Part shown: positions 60,172 through 64,000 of the stretch, in pieces
Position numbering within the stretch: position 1 is the first letter of the stretch
Layout of the letters: the number at the start of each line of letters is the position of its first letter
Source: Pseudomonadota bacterium
Lineage (GTDB): Bacteria; Chloroflexota; UBA5177; JAJPKF01
DNA length: 64,000 bases
Assembly (NCBI GenBank): GCA_021323865.1
Contig: JAJPKF010000006.1
Location: 16,772 to 80,771 of the forward strand
Direction: 5' to 3'
Notes under the pieces: generated by a model
What the model was told of the DNA's origin: nothing
What the model saw: the letters and a program-made list of their open reading frames with translations, nothing else
Databases searched by the model: none
Translations under genes and position numbers: made by a program

Positions 60172-61230
60172 ATGGACCTGCTCCGGAATCGAGAAATCGC
60201 CGAGCTGCTGGCTCGGGCAGCGGAGACGGCCGAGCGGGGCTCCGATAAGGCCAAAGCGCTCCGGCGCGCCTCCCGGCGGGCGCTTCTCTGGCCCGTCGAG
60301 ATTGGGCAGCTCCGCAAGCAGCAGCGGTCTCTGACGGAGCTGAGCGGAGTCGGCCCGTGGCTGGCCAGGGTCATCGGCGAGTGGCTGGACCAGGACGTCG
60401 AGGTTCCCGAACCGCCGCCACTGCGGCGTGGGTTCCAGACCATCACGGAGGCCCGAGTGCGGGTGCAGTCGGTTGGGTCCCTTCCCATCCATGGCGATCT
60501 GCAGATGCACACGGTTCACAGCGACGGTCTCGTATCGACGGTCGAGATGGCCGAGGCAGCCGTGCAGATCGGTCATTCGTACATCGCCGTCACGGATCAT
60601 GGCGTCGGCCTCCGCGTTGCCGGAGGCATGAGCGCGGAGTCCTTCGTGGCGCAGTGGGAGGAGATCGATCGCATCCATGAGGGAGGGCTCCTGAGCGATC
60701 CGGCCTTCCGCATCTTGAAATCGGCTGAGGCGAATCTCGATACGCACGGAGCACCGGATATGGAACCGGCCATCCTGGCAAGCTGCGACATCGTCCTCGG
60801 GGCGTTCCATTCGCAGCTCCGGCGCACGGAAGAGCAGACCAGCCGCTATATGGCGGCGATCAGGGGAGGCTCGATCGACGTGCTGGCTCACCCCCGAGGC
60901 CGGATATACAACTTTCGTCTCGGTCTCGTCGCCCGTTGGGAGGAGGTGGCGAGGGAGGCTGCGCGCCGTCAGGTGGCGCTGGAGACTGACGCCTATATCG
61001 ACCGGCAGGACCTGGACATGGCACTCCTACGGGTGGCGGCGGAGCAGGGCGCGTTCGTCTCCATCGGCAGTGATGCCCATCACCCTATCGATCTGCCCAG
61101 CATTGACGTGGGAATCGCGGCGGTCATGGGCGCGGGCGTGCCGCCGGAGCGAGTCCTCAATTGCATGACCGCCGACCGCCTGATGGATTGGGTGCGTGAG
61201 GGACGCCGGCTTCGACGGTCGGTTCGCTAG
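60172..61230 (+). CDS. PHP-domain protein with PolX-type N-terminal HhH domain
   Basis: NREIAELL..ALRRA..L.GVGP then DLQMHT.HSDG, TDH, LAHPRGR and SDAH. Confidence 0.82.
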   Translation: MDLLRNREIAELLARAAETAERGSDKAKALRRASRRALLWPVEIGQLRKQQRSLTELSGVGPWLARVIGEWLDQDVEVPEPPPLRRGFQTITEARVRVQSVGSLPIHGDLQMHTVHSDGLVSTVEMAEAAVQIGHSYIAVTDHGVGLRVAGGMSAESFVAQWEEIDRIHEGGLLSDPAFRILKSAEANLDTHGAPDMEPAILASCDIVLGAFHSQLRRTEEQTSRYMAAIRGGSIDVLAHPRGRIYNFRLGLVARWEEVAREAARRQVALETDAYIDRQDLDMALLRVAAEQGAFVSIGSDAHHPIDLPSIDVGIAAVMGAGVPPERVLNCMTADRLMDWVREGRRLRRSVR

Positions 61231-62186
61231 AGCTTGACCCAGGTTCCCAAGCCCATACTGACGGCGGCATCGTAGACGAGGCGAGCGGCGGCCAGGTCTT
61301 CGACGGCGAGACCCGTGGACTTGTAGATGGTTAGGTCGTCTTCTGTCTGCCGCCCCGGCTTTCGGCCCAGGAGGACCTCGCCAAGCTCGGTGACCGATGC
61401 CGGGCTCAAACCCTGCAGCTCGGCGGCGCCGGCGGGCGGCTCATGTTCGGCTGCTCCCCGCCACTCGACGAACAGCCTGGCCTCGTCCAGGCCGGCGAGG
61501 TCGAGCTCGCGTTCGCTGCCCACCGAAACCACGTGCATGCCTGGCTGCAGGAGATCGGCGGGCACGGGAGGAGTCGACGCGTGGGTGCACAGGGCGAGAA
61601 TGTCCGAGCCCGCGACTGCCTCTTCCAGCCGAGCATGGGCGACTGCCTTCGGATGGCGCGCCGCCAGATTAGCGGCTGCGGCCGGGTCTCGTCCCCAGAT
61701 CCGAATCTCGGCGAGCCGACACACCTCGGACAGCAGCAGAAGATGCGAGCCGGCCTGAACGCCCGTGCCGACGATGGTGAGCACCGCGGCGTCGGATCGG
61801 GCCAGCAGCTTGACGGACAGGGCGCTCGCCCCGGCGGTGCGCATGGCCGTAATGTGTGTGCCGTCCAATAGGGAGAGCGGCGCCCCCGTGGGCTCGTCGA
61901 AGAGAAGAATCAGTGCCTGGTGTGACGGCAGCCCTCGGTCGTGGTTGCCGGAAAACAGGGAGACCGCCTTCATGCCGAGGCCGACTCCTTCGACAAAGGC
62001 GGGCATGGCGCCGAGGAGGCCATCCGCCGAGAAGGCCGCCGTTCGGGGCGGCACGCTGGCCTTGCCGTCGGAGTATGCCGCCAGCGCCTGCTCCAGGGCC
62101 GAGACCACGGGCAGCGGGCTCAACAGATGGGAAACCTCCTCAGCGCTGAGCACCAGGAGCCGGGCAGCCGCCGATCTCTCTACCAT
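61227..62186 (-). CDS. Ornithine cyclodeaminase / mu-crystallin family
   Basis: MPA, ITAMRTAG, GTGVQA and YKSTGLAVED. Confidence 0.88.
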   Translation of the reverse strand: MVERSAAARLLVLSAEEVSHLLSPLPVVSALEQALAAYSDGKASVPPRTAAFSADGLLGAMPAFVEGVGLGMKAVSLFSGNHDRGLPSHQALILLFDEPTGAPLSLLDGTHITAMRTAGASALSVKLLARSDAAVLTIVGTGVQAGSHLLLLSEVCRLAEIRIWGRDPAAAANLAARHPKAVAHARLEEAVAGSDILALCTHASTPPVPADLLQPGMHVVSVGSERELDLAGLDEARLFVEWRGAAEHEPPAGAAELQGLSPASVTELGEVLLGRKPGRQTEDDLTIYKSTGLAVEDLAAARLVYDAAVSMGLGTWVKL

Positions 62187-62321
62187 CACTCCCTCAGGCG
62201 TCAGGTTCATCCCATGAGCCGCCCGTCTGACACTACATCGGCCTGGGCCATATCCCCGTGGCCGGAACCACCATGGCCACGCGCGATTAGGATAGGGTCG
62301 CATCAAAGGGAGCAGTGATAC

Positions 62322-63851
62322 GTGTTACTGGCGGATCTGGTCGACGCGTCGCGGGCAATGGCCTCCGACCCGTCCCGGCGCGGCAAGAAGAAGGTGATGG
62401 CGGAGCTGCTTCGACATGTTCCGCCCTCGGAAATTGCGATCGCCGTGTCCTACCTCTCGGGGGCCCTTCGGCAGCGCCGGACGGGGGTTGGCTGGGCATC
62501 CCTGCGAAGCAGGCCGCCCGGGGCGGCGGAGGCATCGCTCAATCTCTTTGAAGTCGACGAGGCCTTCGCTCGCGCGGCATCGCTCAGTGGCGGTGGTTCT
62601 GCCGCCGAGCGTCGTGGCGTGATGGAAGGGCTCTTTTCCAGGGCGACGCAGGAGGAGCAGGACTTTCTGGTGCGGCTGGTGTCCGGCGAGCTGAGGCAGG
62701 GTGCCCTGGCCGCACTGGTGGCCGAGGCGCTGGCGTTGGCGACCGACACCGACGTGGGACTGGTGCGCCGGGCGAGCATGCTCGCCGGAGGGCTGGGACC
62801 GGTCGCGGAGGCGCTGCTCATCGAGGGGCAGCAGGGACTCGACCGCTACCGGCTCCAGGTGGGCTCTCCCGTCCAGCCCATGCTGGCGCAGGCGGCAGGG
62901 TCACTGGAGGAGGCCATGGCGCGTCTGCCCGCGACCGCGGTGGAGTGGAAGCTCGACGGCATCCGGATTCAGGTCCACCGGGCCGGCTCAGAGGTGAGTG
63001 TGTTCAGCCGATCGCTCGACCGGCTGACCCATCGCGTTCCGGAGATTGTGAACGCGGTGCTCTCACTGCCGAACGAGGCAGTCATTCTCGACGGTGAGGC
63101 AATCCGACTCGGGGACGCCGACCGCCCGCTGCCGTTCCAGGAGACGGGGCGGCGTGTTGCCACCAGGGAAGATGTGCCGGCACTGACCAGCACGGCGCCT
63201 CTCAGCGCCTTCTTTTTCGACGTTCTTCATCTCGACGGCGAGGATTTGATCGACCGACCGGCCGAGGAGCGGTTCCGGATCCTGGAGGCCGCGTTGCCCG
63301 AGCGCTTCCTGGTTCCGCGCTTGATCCGGCCATCAGCCGAGTCGGCCGCCGAATTCAGTCGTGACGCCCTCGCCCGAGGGCATGAGGGAGTCATCGTCAA
63401 GGATCTGGCCGCGCCCTACGAGGCCGGCCGGCGGGGTGGCGCTTGGTTGAAGGTGAAGCCGCATCACACGCTGGATCTCGTGGTGCTTGCGGCGGAATGG
63501 GGACATGGCCGCCGGCAGGGATGGCTATCGAACCTCCACCTTGGCGCCCGCAATGCCGAGACGGGTGAATTCGTGATGCTGGGGAAGACCTTCAAAGGGC
63601 TGACGGACGAGATGCTGACCCGGCAAACCAGTGCCCTGCTGGCCCTTCGTGAGTCCGACAACGGATGGCTGGTGCGTGTGCGACCCGAGCTCGTTGTCGA
63701 AGTGGCATTCGACGGTGTGCAGCGAAGTCCCCGTTATCCGGGCGGCGTGGCGCTGCGCTTCGCCCGGGTGGTGCGCTATCGGGACGACAAGCGGAGCTGG
63801 GAAGCGGATACGATCGACACCGTGCGCCGCATCTTTTCATCCGGCCGCTGA
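62322..63851 (+). CDS. ligB: ATP-dependent DNA ligase (LigB type)
   Basis: PMLA, EWKLDG, LDGE, FFFD, EGVIVK, WLKVK and ALRFAR. Confidence 0.93.
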   Translation: MLLADLVDASRAMASDPSRRGKKKVMAELLRHVPPSEIAIAVSYLSGALRQRRTGVGWASLRSRPPGAAEASLNLFEVDEAFARAASLSGGGSAAERRGVMEGLFSRATQEEQDFLVRLVSGELRQGALAALVAEALALATDTDVGLVRRASMLAGGLGPVAEALLIEGQQGLDRYRLQVGSPVQPMLAQAAGSLEEAMARLPATAVEWKLDGIRIQVHRAGSEVSVFSRSLDRLTHRVPEIVNAVLSLPNEAVILDGEAIRLGDADRPLPFQETGRRVATREDVPALTSTAPLSAFFFDVLHLDGEDLIDRPAEERFRILEAALPERFLVPRLIRPSAESAAEFSRDALARGHEGVIVKDLAAPYEAGRRGGAWLKVKPHHTLDLVVLAAEWGHGRRQGWLSNLHLGARNAETGEFVMLGKTFKGLTDEMLTRQTSALLALRESDNGWLVRVRPELVVEVAFDGVQRSPRYPGGVALRFARVVRYRDDKRSWEADTIDTVRRIFSSGR

Positions 63852-63903
63852 CAGCGTACCCTACTAATAGAGACCCGAAGGGTGGCGGATGGTGGGAGCC
63901 GGG

Positions 63904-64000
63904 ATGGACGCGCGTGAGGTGTGGCGCCAGACCTTGGCGCGCCTCGAATCGAGCATGAATCCCGCCAATTTCGACACCTGGCTTCGACCCACTCGTGTCA
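63904..64000 (+). CDS. DnaA N-terminal-domain protein, truncated by the window edge
   Basis: MDAREVWRQTLARLESSMNPANFDTWLRPTRV; alternative in-frame ATG at 63889. Confidence 0.7.
   Translation, partial: MDAREVWRQTLARLESSMNPANFDTWLRPTRV

Overview
High-GC bacterial chromosome segment. F420 enzymes, a Gram-positive/Chloroflexota-type SOS box and cdaA-cdaR suggest Chloroflexota or a related Terrabacteria lineage (inference). Most of it is housekeeping: uvrA, ftsXE, secA-prfB, mdh, gdh, lspA-rluD, tRNA-Val, an ATP-dependent ligase and a truncated DnaA-N ORF at the right edge. Two things stand out. (1) An aromatic acyl-CoA locus combines a 4-hydroxybenzoyl-CoA-reductase-like Mo enzyme (hcrCAB) with a divergent di-iron ring-epoxidase operon. 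Its catalytic subunit has motifs between PaaA and BoxB, PaaD is split, there is one crotonase, an ALDH, a thiolase and a Nudix enzyme, and no PaaE, PaaZ or BoxC in the window. (2) An unannotated ~235-nt, highly structured minus-strand unit (TATAAT, sequestered perfect RBS, 14-codon ORF, multi-stem fold, terminator) lies upstream of a rhodanese-SufU pair. I also found small ORFs missed by the ORF track, genes without canonical starts, frameshifted remnants and candidate operator sites. No CRISPR array, rRNA, transposase or integrase was seen. All calls come from reading motifs by eye; no database searches were run.
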